IMG/VR virus record: IMGVR_UViG_3300030090_003111
Span: 3,406 to 67,405 of that record
Reading direction: 5' to 3' (one strand)
Source: a virus
Lineage: Duplodnaviria > Caudoviricetes
Length of the DNA stretch: 64,000 nt
Position numbers and translations under genes: made by a program. The notes beneath the pieces are model-generated. The model was not told the origin of the DNA and did no database searches. It saw nothing but the letters and a program-made list of their open reading frames with translations. Shown one piece after another: positions 56,813-64,000 of this stretch (its first letter is position 1; each line of letters starts with the position of its first letter).

Positions 56813-57004
56813 TTATTTCCTCACTTCCATTCTACTACCACAGCGTGGACATTTATAACAGTATAAACCTCCACCCATGTATAATTCTTCTCTTTCTATA
56901 TTACAATATGGACACATCATATAATCATCCACATCCATAGAGCCATAAACACTGACAGTAGTATGTATACTTCTGCTTCCTGTATATCTCTTGGACTGTG
57001 CCAT
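56813..57004 (-). CDS. CPxC zinc-ribbon protein
   Basis: CPYC...CYKCPRCG. Confidence 0.7.
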   Translation of the reverse strand: MAQSKRYTGSRSIHTTVSVYGSMDVDDYMMCPYCNIEREELYMGGGLYCYKCPRCGSRMEVRK

Positions 57005-57019
57005 ATCTCTTTAATTCTC

Positions 57020-57136
57020 TTAATCATCATAGAGTCCTATCCCTAATTCCTCTTCAGCCATCTCTACGGCTTTATCAAATAAATATTCACTTGTTATAAG
57101 TAGTTCACGGGCTAATTCTAATACCTTCTCATTCAT
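57020..57136 (-). CDS. 38-aa acidic micro-protein
   Basis: Hand-translated MNEKVLELARELLITSEYLF...; ATGA coupled. Confidence 0.55.
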   Translation of the reverse strand: MNEKVLELARELLITSEYLFDKAVEMAEEELGIGLYDD

Positions 57137-57225
57137 AATATATAATATCCTATAACTATACCTATACCTAATCCAAAAAAGAATCCTGAATATGCACCTT
57201 CTTCATACGGAGTTAGTAAAAACAT
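57133..57225 (-). CDS. 30-aa single-TM micro-protein
   Basis: Hand-translated MFLLTPYEEGAYSGFFFGLGIGIVIGYYIL; TAATG coupled. Confidence 0.6.
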   Translation of the reverse strand: MFLLTPYEEGAYSGFFFGLGIGIVIGYYIL

Positions 57226-57338
57226 TATATCTGTCCACCTATAACAGTATAGCATTGTTGACAATAAGGGTTGCCTTCTATATCTCTATACCTTATATAC
57301 TTAGCCATAAGTTGACATTGACATAATCTACAATTCAT
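57225..57338 (-). CDS. 37-aa zinc-finger micro-protein MNCRLCQCQLMAKYIRYRDIEGNPYCQQCYTVIGGQI
   Basis: Hand-translated; CxxC...CxxC; abuts neighbours. Confidence 0.65.
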   Translation of the reverse strand: MNCRLCQCQLMAKYIRYRDIEGNPYCQQCYTVIGGQI

Positions 57339-57479
57339 TTATATACCCCTCTTTATCTTTACCTTTTTAACAGGTTTCCTTTCTATCACTTTATTGAAGT
57401 CTACAAACTGTCCACCTTGCTCAGCAGATGGTGGGAGTTCATATCCCTCATATGGTATCTTTACCTTACGCTGTTTCAT
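57339..57479 (-). CDS. 46-aa basic protein, probably leaderless
   Basis: Hand-translated MKQRKVKIPYEGYELPP...; ATG at the predicted TSS. Confidence 0.6.
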   Translation of the reverse strand: MKQRKVKIPYEGYELPPSAEQGGQFVDFNKVIERKPVKKVKIKRGI

Positions 57480-57501
57480 ATTCATATTTATATCTCGCTT
57501 A

Positions 57502-57515
57502 TATATAAAGCTTTC
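57502..57515 (-). promoter_or_regulatory. BRE-TATA promoter
   Basis: Exact motif. Confidence 0.8.
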
Positions 57516-57519
57516 GCTA

Positions 57520-57978
57520 AGTGATAGCAGAAGAGACAGCCTCTACCAGCGATGAGTTCGAGGGTATATCCTCCGTGTGGTCTGTCCTACTCTCCTTTGC
57601 TTTCGGCTGATTTGCCTACTTTGTTCGGCGTGGCCTGACACACATACTACTGTTGCTCATCAGTCTCTAAGACTCAATAGACTTACACAGGCTAACGTAT
57701 AACTCCAGCTTGACGTAAAGGTAGACGCAACCGCATAATGCGTTCAGCTAATCTCCTATACTTGGTTCAGCGTATAACTACCAAACATGGTTCGTATACG
57801 AGGTAGCACCATATCGCTACCTGAGTTTTACTCATTGGCATAGGGGCGTTTGTTCAAGTTCTGCTATCTTTAGTGGGATAGAAGCAAGGATAAAATTCGT
57901 TGCGTCATTCATCTCGTGGTGAACGACAAGTAAAAGAGGTAAAACAATGAGTTCCCTACTTCTATCCTATCACCATTA
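57520..57978 (-). ncRNA. Candidate ~460-nt structured non-coding RNA
   Basis: ORF-free, less AT-rich stretch with multiple long helices (10-bp 57523-32/57859-68; 9-bp 57876-84/57959-67; 8-bp 57830-37/57945-52) and a promoter-like box at 58002-58015. Confidence 0.55.
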
Positions 57979-58170
57979 GCGTTTGAGAGAAGCAACAGCC
58001 TTACTTAAAGCTTTGGCTATTACTTCTTTAGTTCTCTTACGACCATCACTACCATATAGGTTCAGGCCATATTTCTTTATCAGTGCATTGATTTGTATAG
58101 CGGTGGGGCGGACGGATTTGTATTCCTTCCGAATTAACCGTCTAATGATATCAATGCGACTAACTTGCAC
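57976..58170 (-). CDS. Small basic hypothetical protein
   Basis: GGAG upstream of GTG; overlaps ligase stop. Confidence 0.55.
   Translation of the reverse strand: MQVSRIDIIRRLIRKEYKSVRPTAIQINALIKKYGLNLYGSDGRKRTKEVIAKALSKAVASLKR
58002..58015 (-). promoter_or_regulatory. Candidate intragenic BRE-TATA (CAAAGCTTTAAGTA) for the ncRNA
   Basis: Matches consensus at most positions; predicted TSS about 57979, 11 nt before the first helix; lies inside a CDS so could be chance. Confidence 0.45.
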
Positions 58171-59029
58171 GTATAGACTCCGGTATCTGTGAGTATAGAC
58201 ACTCTGTCAACGACTTATCATCACGCCAACTATAGAACTTAGGATGACGAACGGACCCAGATGGGAACCAGCCATTACCTTTGGCAGTGAATACTTGACC
58301 GATATACTTGTCGGGATTGTCAGTGAACTCACGTCGCATAGCTTCAGTAAGACCACCACACTTTACGTCACAAGGCTTGTCAAACAGACTACCTCTGACA
58401 GCACCTACTTGACCAGCATACTTAGACTCAGGGTCAGCCATATCGAAACCAATACACATATACTCAATCTCTACCCGTTGTTTGATACGGATGTTTGCTT
58501 GAGGATAGTCATAGGCTTCGTTCTGTTTGAATACTAGACCCTCGAAGCCAGACATCTCTACGTAGTATTCCCACAGGTCTTCTACGTTATGAGTAGTATG
58601 AGCCATATCATAAGTGGGTGATACTCTGAAGTATTGTGATAGATACTTGTCTTTTAGTTTAGGTATAACATACTCGGCGATGTAAGATACATAGCCTTGT
58701 CTCGCACCGTATATCTCTTTGGATACATTACTACCTCGATACACAATACAATCAAAGGCATAGAACGCTTGGTTTGTATGAACAGGATGATTCTTGTTGT
58801 TTATATACTCACCTATAACTTCGTAGTGTATACCTTTGTCTTTTCCTTTATATACCCCGTGCTTCTTGAGTTTACCATTACGAGAGAATATTGCATACTC
58901 ACCGTCTTGGATAACCATTCTACCCCATATACCGTCATACTTAGGTTGAATATATCTGTATTGTGACAGAGATATATCATCCATATTGTCTTGGGTATAC
59001 TCGCTATACTTTGGTCTGTCTGTTATCAT
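58160..59029 (-). CDS. lig: ATP-dependent DNA ligase
   Basis: QPKYDG, GEY, FYAFD, EGLVFK, RIK, C-terminal OB fold RHPKF..WRDDK. Confidence 0.92.
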   Translation of the reverse strand: MITDRPKYSEYTQDNMDDISLSQYRYIQPKYDGIWGRMVIQDGEYAIFSRNGKLKKHGVYKGKDKGIHYEVIGEYINNKNHPVHTNQAFYAFDCIVYRGSNVSKEIYGARQGYVSYIAEYVIPKLKDKYLSQYFRVSPTYDMAHTTHNVEDLWEYYVEMSGFEGLVFKQNEAYDYPQANIRIKQRVEIEYMCIGFDMADPESKYAGQVGAVRGSLFDKPCDVKCGGLTEAMRREFTDNPDKYIGQVFTAKGNGWFPSGSVRHPKFYSWRDDKSLTECLYSQIPESIRAS

Positions 59030-61137
59030 ATCTTTAACACCTTCCTAATTAGTTTACTAAGCTCGATTGATAGCTTAGATGAATCTTCAATATACTTGTA
59101 GTTGGTAAACATATTACGCATCCAATGTTCGGATGCACCGGCAAAGCCTAACTGTATGACTGACCAGCCACGTGACTCTACGTGTTTGACACACTTGGCA
59201 GTATGCTCAATTGCACTTGCACCTCTATATGAAGCCGCTGAAGGCTGACCATCACTAAAGATAATCATAAGCTTATGCGACTGAGGTTGGTCAGTTTGTT
59301 CTACTACTCTGTCGGCTGATGCAACGATAGCATTACCGTCACGGTTTTCATACCTTGCACGCATACCACCCATACTTGTAGGGCGGTCGGAAGTGCGAGG
59401 ACCGAAGTATTCTATCATATCAGTCTGACCTCTACCACCTTCGTCGGCACTGTGACCGAATACCCAAAGGTTTAGTTGGTCATTACCACTCAATGCTTCT
59501 TTGACAGATATAGCGGCATCACGTGCGTGACGCATAGTGTATGAACCCATACTACCTGACTCGTCTACAAGTAGACATACATCCAATGGTTTATCCTGCT
59601 CAACAATGTCGAACTTGAATAGGTCAGAGCGACGCATAGGTATACGATGTAGCATACGCTTGTCAAGCTTACCTACCTTTTGGTTCCTGACAGTATACTT
59701 GTTCATATTACCATATAGTTGTATCTTACGCTTGAGTGAACCAATCACACCTTTCTTACGTGAGACAGCATCTCTATATACTTCTTTGTCTCTCGCAGTA
59801 TCTCTAGCAGTAGTCCAATTGATTTGTCTTTGACCATCAGCTATAGCGAGGCCCTTGTCCATATCATACTCTTCGTAGTCTGACTCTATCAAGCTACGTA
59901 TCTCTTCGATAACTTCACTATCAAGACCTTCACTTATATAGTCACTAAGCTCTACCCTTGCTTCACCACGTGCGTCACGTATAGGTGACTTACGTTCGAG
60001 TGCATCTTTGGCACGGGAGATAGCATCATCAGTCATACGGTCAAGAATCTTATCCATCTCACTGTCAGATAGTTCTATGTCTGATTCTGCAAACCTTGAT
60101 TTCATATCAGCGAATGCGTCATCTACCTCTGACATTACTTCTTTCATATCTATCTCATCGTCTTTAGCCATACGTTCGGCTGCTTTCTTAAGATAGTTGT
60201 ATAGGGATAAGATACAGGTATAAGTATTTTCTCTACTATCAAGACCCGTAGCTAATGCACGGGCAAAGAAGCGTATATGTGGGGCGTGTCGCTTTTTTCT
60301 ATCGTCATCAATAAGTGTAGGATAACGTATAAGCATCATAAGAGTATTGATAAGGTCAGCTAATGGTTGTGAAGATTCTTCGTCTATACCACTATCTGCG
60401 AAGTAATGTTCTTTAGTCTTCTCGATATAGTGAACGAAACCACCACACGTTTTAGCTAATTGCTTTTCGATATACTCATCTTCCACAATATTACATATAG
60501 AATGCAACAACCATTGTTCGTCACCATTCACACATGAGTCATACTTTTGTTTACGTTCCCACTCCATAAGGTCTTTGGAGTGTATAAGGTGTAGCTTTTC
60601 ATGGATAGCGAGACCTGACACAACGTCTAACTTTTCGTCATCGTGTTGTATCAGTTTACCATCTACTACTATTCTACCACTACGGATGTCAGTATAACCT
60701 GATGATGTGTTGGCAAACTCAAGAGTATGCTTGACAGTAGGGTCAACTACTTTACATAGGGAGTCAAGGTGTGACTTATGTTTAGCTAATCTCTTAGCAG
60801 TATCGTCATAACCATACGAACTACCTCCCCACATACCACTCAGTGTGGTAGAGCCACTGCCTGACCACCATGAGCTACCGCTACCCCATGTGAAACCACC
60901 ACCGGTTCTACCCCAAAGGTCACCGCTGGAGTATACGCTTGGTGCAGGTGTGATAGCTGTCTTAGCTGTGGTAGGATGAGCATACTCATCACCTACTACT
61001 CCATCAAGGTGGTTGCCACAGGTAGAACAACACTCGTTGTCATCTTCTTTAGTCTTTACCCAATCCTGACAGGTATAACACCAGCCTTCACTCTTATCGG
61101 CTGAAACAGCCCAATCGTCTATAGTGTAGATATCCAT
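59026..61137 (-). CDS. vWA (CobT-like) protein with N-terminal HExxH metalloprotease-like domain
   Basis: AIHEKLH...NIVED..IE; MIDAS LVDESGSM, NRDG, IFSDGQP. Confidence 0.88.
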   Translation of the reverse strand: MDIYTIDDWAVSADKSEGWCYTCQDWVKTKEDDNECCSTCGNHLDGVVGDEYAHPTTAKTAITPAPSVYSSGDLWGRTGGGFTWGSGSSWWSGSGSTTLSGMWGGSSYGYDDTAKRLAKHKSHLDSLCKVVDPTVKHTLEFANTSSGYTDIRSGRIVVDGKLIQHDDEKLDVVSGLAIHEKLHLIHSKDLMEWERKQKYDSCVNGDEQWLLHSICNIVEDEYIEKQLAKTCGGFVHYIEKTKEHYFADSGIDEESSQPLADLINTLMMLIRYPTLIDDDRKKRHAPHIRFFARALATGLDSRENTYTCILSLYNYLKKAAERMAKDDEIDMKEVMSEVDDAFADMKSRFAESDIELSDSEMDKILDRMTDDAISRAKDALERKSPIRDARGEARVELSDYISEGLDSEVIEEIRSLIESDYEEYDMDKGLAIADGQRQINWTTARDTARDKEVYRDAVSRKKGVIGSLKRKIQLYGNMNKYTVRNQKVGKLDKRMLHRIPMRRSDLFKFDIVEQDKPLDVCLLVDESGSMGSYTMRHARDAAISVKEALSGNDQLNLWVFGHSADEGGRGQTDMIEYFGPRTSDRPTSMGGMRARYENRDGNAIVASADRVVEQTDQPQSHKLMIIFSDGQPSAASYRGASAIEHTAKCVKHVESRGWSVIQLGFAGASEHWMRNMFTNYKYIEDSSKLSIELSKLIRKVLKI

Positions 61138-61493
61138 TCGTCTATATTATCCTCTTCGTTCTTAGCTTCTAGTATAAGCTTCATCTCAAAACATTTCAAT
61201 GTTCTTTTCATAGCACCTATGCTACAGTCATATACAAATCTATCATCATCAGTGACCAAACCGTATGATATACTCAGTGCATCATTCATGTTCATAGTAG
61301 CAGTGGTGGGGCGGTCGGGAACTATACCTTCGGTTTTAAGCCTACGGTTATATGCTCCGACGTGTCGCCCTGTCACTTCGCTTAGTGGGAATACATCTTT
61401 TATACACTTAGCAACTAATGCAGGTTTGAGACCCATAGAAAGCAAACCCTTAGCAAGGGTATGCCAATATGTATCTTTCTTTCTACTAACCAT
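61119..61493 (-). CDS. Hypothetical protein
   Basis: ORF between MoxR ATPase and vWA gene. Confidence 0.7.
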   Translation of the reverse strand: MVSRKKDTYWHTLAKGLLSMGLKPALVAKCIKDVFPLSEVTGRHVGAYNRRLKTEGIVPDRPTTATMNMNDALSISYGLVTDDDRFVYDCSIGAMKRTLKCFEMKLILEAKNEEDNIDEWISTL

Positions 61494-62654
61494 TTAGTCT
61501 CCCATTGATTGTATAGTCTGCATAACTTTTACTCTTTCTGTATCGTCACCTGCTTGGATAGGATAGAATGGTAGACATACCTGCTTGAGTGCTTCAAGCA
61601 TAGTCATACCATCTGCAACGTATTCAGCAGTGGACAAACACATACGTGTAGATACAGCAGTATTCAACTCTTCCGATTTGTAGAGATTTCTGACTCTACT
61701 TGCGAAGTCAGTGATACGTTCAGCGTCTACATCAGAGATAGTAGGAACTCTTATCTTAAGAAGTTCTGCTTCTTTATCTGCTGGTAGATACTCTAACTCG
61801 TATATACCTCCGGTAAATCTATCTTTCCATGCTCTATCTAAGTCATGGGCCGCACCCAAATACTCTCTACCAATGTTGGCAGTAGCATAGAAGAAAGCAC
61901 CGTCGTTTATCTGAACGGTATCAGCGTCATCACTCTCATCGAGTGCTAAGTATTTCTGTCCGTCAAGGACAGGCATAAGGATATTAGCTAAGTCACCGGT
62001 TCTATCTCTCGTGACTTCGTCAAGCATAATGAATGCACCCTTGTCATCTTGTAGGGCAGAGACAAATCTGGATGGTTTGAAGAATGTCCCACGCTCACTA
62101 TCATATTTAGTGTCACCGAGTATCTTTGCAGATGGATTCATAGTGTCACCAAAGTTGAAAGCATAGAATGGTTTGTTGGATATATCCGCCAATATTCTAC
62201 CGAGACTACTCTTACCACATCCGGATGGACCGGTAATCAATATACTCTTACCTCTGAAGATGTTTCTAAGCATAGTATAAAATGTCATACTATCAGCGAA
62301 CTTGAACTCTTCAGGGATATCAACACTACCCTTCAGCTTAGATAGGACTGTTGGTATATGTGGGGCAGGTGGCTCAGGTTCTACTTCTTCTTCTGCAACA
62401 GCAGGAGTAGTAAAATGCCATGCGTCTATATCATCCACTATTTCACTCCATTCGGAACGGGAGATATACTCACTATCACTATCATATTCTCCACAACACA
62501 GTTCCATATAGTCACTGCGTAGACGGTGTATACGTGTCTCTTTGTCCATACCTTTATAGTATTCTGTTCCTACTTCATCGGGGGAACTATCCTCATCATG
62601 CACGGGCTCTCTATCATAAGATAGGTCACCTCTTTCTATGTCTTTATAACTCAT
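61494..62654 (-). CDS. MoxR/CbbQ/NirQ-family AAA+ ATPase (CobS-like)
   Basis: GPSGCGKS, IMLDEV, ATAN, LDRAWKDRF, STR; ATG 62654 lies downstream of the predicted TSS. Confidence 0.9.
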   Translation of the reverse strand: MSYKDIERGDLSYDREPVHDEDSSPDEVGTEYYKGMDKETRIHRLRSDYMELCCGEYDSDSEYISRSEWSEIVDDIDAWHFTTPAVAEEEVEPEPPAPHIPTVLSKLKGSVDIPEEFKFADSMTFYTMLRNIFRGKSILITGPSGCGKSSLGRILADISNKPFYAFNFGDTMNPSAKILGDTKYDSERGTFFKPSRFVSALQDDKGAFIMLDEVTRDRTGDLANILMPVLDGQKYLALDESDDADTVQINDGAFFYATANIGREYLGAAHDLDRAWKDRFTGGIYELEYLPADKEAELLKIRVPTISDVDAERITDFASRVRNLYKSEELNTAVSTRMCLSTAEYVADGMTMLEALKQVCLPFYPIQAGDDTERVKVMQTIQSMGD

Positions 62655-62692
62655 TGTTTTTCTCTTCGTTATGGTCAATAATGTTTTAGGGG

Positions 62693-62706
62693 TATTTAAA
62701 GGTTTC
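62693..62706 (-). promoter_or_regulatory. BRE-TATA promoter (GAAACCTTTAAATA)
   Basis: Motif variant upstream of MoxR gene. Confidence 0.75.
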
Positions 62707-62709
62707 GGT

Positions 62710-62859
62710 CTACTCTATATCCTCCACCTCAGGTTCCCATATACCTTTCTCTCTTATATCTTTCAGCCACGCATCCTGATAGCGTAGAGGTAATTGCATA
62801 TAGATTATCTCCGCTATACTATGCACGGCATCCAATAGTTCATCTGTGTGTTTACTCAT
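62710..62859 (-). CDS. Hypothetical 49-aa protein
   Basis: Hand-translated MSKHTDELLDAVHSIAEIIY...; AGGTGA RBS, ATGA coupled. Confidence 0.65.
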   Translation of the reverse strand: MSKHTDELLDAVHSIAEIIYMQLPLRYQDAWLKDIREKGIWEPEVEDIE

Positions 62860-62978
62860 GCTTCACCTGTTTCCTCATCGTATACTCCACATGATGGACA
62901 TACGTATTTATCTTTGAATACGGCTAAGTCAGCGAACTCAGCACAATCATTACAGTAGTATACTTCTTTTATATCCAT
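62856..62978 (-). CDS. 40-aa CPxCG zinc-finger micro-protein
   Basis: Hand-translated MDIKEVYYCNDCAEFADLAVFKDKYVCPSCGVYDEETGEA; GGGAGG RBS, TGATG coupled. Confidence 0.7.
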   Translation of the reverse strand: MDIKEVYYCNDCAEFADLAVFKDKYVCPSCGVYDEETGEA

Positions 62979-63325
62979 CAGTTCTGCCTCCCTCTTCGTA
63001 TATACTTACCATCGACACGGCTTCTATCATAACCATACATACGCTTGCCGGTTATACCTCCGCTTGTGCCTTTGACTTCATACTTCTTAAATATGTTCAC
63101 AATCCTATTATAGTCAGCTTGCTCCATATGTCTCATACCTGATAGCATACTATTCATACCTGATGTAATACTGTGCATATAGTCTTCGGTATTTGGTTTT
63201 ACTCGTAGGACAAAGTCCCTCATAGTCTTATAGTCAGGGTCATCTATACCACTAACTGACATGATAGGGTGCTTGGCTCTACCTTGCAAATAAGACTTTA
63301 TATCTTCAATAGTTATATCACTCAT
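62978..63325 (-). CDS. Hypothetical protein
   Basis: AGGTGA RBS. Confidence 0.7.
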   Translation of the reverse strand: MSDITIEDIKSYLQGRAKHPIMSVSGIDDPDYKTMRDFVLRVKPNTEDYMHSITSGMNSMLSGMRHMEQADYNRIVNIFKKYEVKGTSGGITGKRMYGYDRSRVDGKYIRRGRQN

Positions 63326-63545
63326 ATATCACCTGTGTGCGGATAGAATCAGAATGATTGACATAGTCAGCAAAGTCATTACACATATGTGGCTTTGGTG
63401 CTGAGTTGTGGTATAAAGCAGTTCGTGCTATACGCTTGGCTCTACGATTAGTGTCTATCCTTCGAGGGCCATTACTTGCTATCTTTGCCATAACAGCTTT
63501 TATCTGTTCGGCAGTCATACTGTTTATCAGTTCGTCTAGGTTCAT
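63318..63545 (-). CDS. Hypothetical protein, first gene of the early arm in this window
   Basis: Follows promoter 63616-63629. Confidence 0.7.
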   Translation of the reverse strand: MNLDELINSMTAEQIKAVMAKIASNGPRRIDTNRRAKRIARTALYHNSAPKPHMCNDFADYVNHSDSIRTQVIYE

Positions 63546-63615
63546 GTTTATATCTCTCTTACTTTTTGGGCCTCGATGTCGTCATCCTAAGCCCGACTAT
63601 ACAGGGTCACGGTAG

Positions 63616-63629
63616 TATTTAAAGCTTTG
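63616..63629 (-). promoter_or_regulatory. BRE-TATA promoter (CAAAGCTTTAAATA)
   Basis: Motif variant at the head of the minus-strand arm. Confidence 0.75.
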
Positions 63630-63661
63630 GGTTGATTTCGGCGGGTAAACATATAGAGCAT

Positions 63662-63702
63662 TACTATATTATACTATATTATACTATATTATAGCTATAT
63701 TA
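63662..63702. repeat. Tandem 10-mer TACTATATTA x3 plus one variant
   Basis: 63662-71, 63672-81, 63682-91, variant TAGCTATATTA 63692-63702. Confidence 0.9.
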
Positions 63703-63740
63703 AGCAACTATGCTTAATTAGAACCTTACCCTATGCTATA

Positions 63741-63917
63741 TAGTGCCTATTAGACTTATAGAGCCTATAAGCATATTAAGCTCTAAGTGTGGTCTATAGT
63801 ATACACACGGGCTCTACTTATCTTTTTACTCAGGCACTATTGAGCCGTATGCATATATACGCATATACACGCGAGCTTATATGCTTAGTAGTGCCAATTG
63901 TTATATCTTAGGCTCTA
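63741..63917. repeat. Array of six TAG(A/T)GCC heptamers in both orientations
   Basis: 63741(+), 63759(+), 63810(-), 63833(-), 63889(+), 63911(-). Confidence 0.75.
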
Positions 63918-64000
63918 TTAGGCATACCCCCCGTGCTTAATCGTGCCATATTCATTTATATATACCGTTACAAGATAAACATATAACTCAGCGGGGCGAA

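Noticed and set aside
57540-57640. Group I intron-like phrases (GGCAAATCAGCCGAAAG, ACAGACCACACGG)
   Set aside because: No convincing P7 partner, P3 or interrupted host gene; kept only as an unclassified structured element.
57590-57670. Hammerhead-like core words on the minus strand (CTGATGAG ... CCGAAAG)
   Set aside because: Stems I, II and III cannot be formed around them with a valid NUH site.
59026-62654. Cobalamin biosynthesis (cobS/cobT) as an auxiliary metabolic pathway
   Set aside because: Only generic MoxR and vWA signatures; no CobN or other cob genes in the window.
1-64000. Integrase, transposase, tRNA, rRNA, chaperonin, PCNA, RadA
   Set aside because: No recognisable motifs found by eye; absence may reflect window limits or my detection limits.

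Overview
This window is most or all of the genome of a tailed, siphovirus-like (HK97-fold) dsDNA virus of an archaeon, most plausibly a magrovirus-type virus of Marine Group II Euryarchaeota (Ca. Poseidoniales). The archaeal host is read from 15 near-identical BRE-TATA boxes (consensus GAAAGCTTTATATA), GGTGA/GGAG ribosome-binding sites, an archaeal aIF-1A, an archaeo-eukaryotic primase and a family B polymerase; the MGII assignment is inference from gene content and a GC(T/M)DxxAxNY-repeat membrane protein. The layout is two convergent arms. The + strand (1-36813) carries packaging, head, fibre and tail genes: TerL, portal, protease/scaffold, MCP, a 1842-aa collagen fibre ending in a Hint domain, two paralogous tail-tube genes, a chaperone pair with a -1 frameshift signal, tape measure and tail-tip proteins. 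The - strand (63545-36810) carries early and replication genes: MoxR ATPase plus vWA partner, ligase, RecU-like resolvase, Hsp20, SSB-like proteins, MCM-like ATPase, aIF-1A, MazG, a phytoene/squalene-synthase homologue, PolB, primase and class II RNR. The most striking system is a six-gene coupled cassette (42030-46011) resembling the animal collagen-modification pathway (COLGALT-like GT25, PLOD-like lysyl hydroxylase, three more 2OG-Fe(II) oxygenases, and a circularly permuted PLOD glycosyltransferase domain) in a genome whose collagen is rich in Gly-Asp-Lys-Gly acceptor sites. Also notable are two candidate promoter-driven structured ncRNAs (about 65 nt and about 460 nt), many translationally coupled micro-ORFs below the ORF-track cutoff, and a repeat-rich non-coding right end. 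No integrase, tRNA, rRNA, CRISPR array or IS element was seen. All homology calls are from motif recognition and recalled reference sequences, not database searches.
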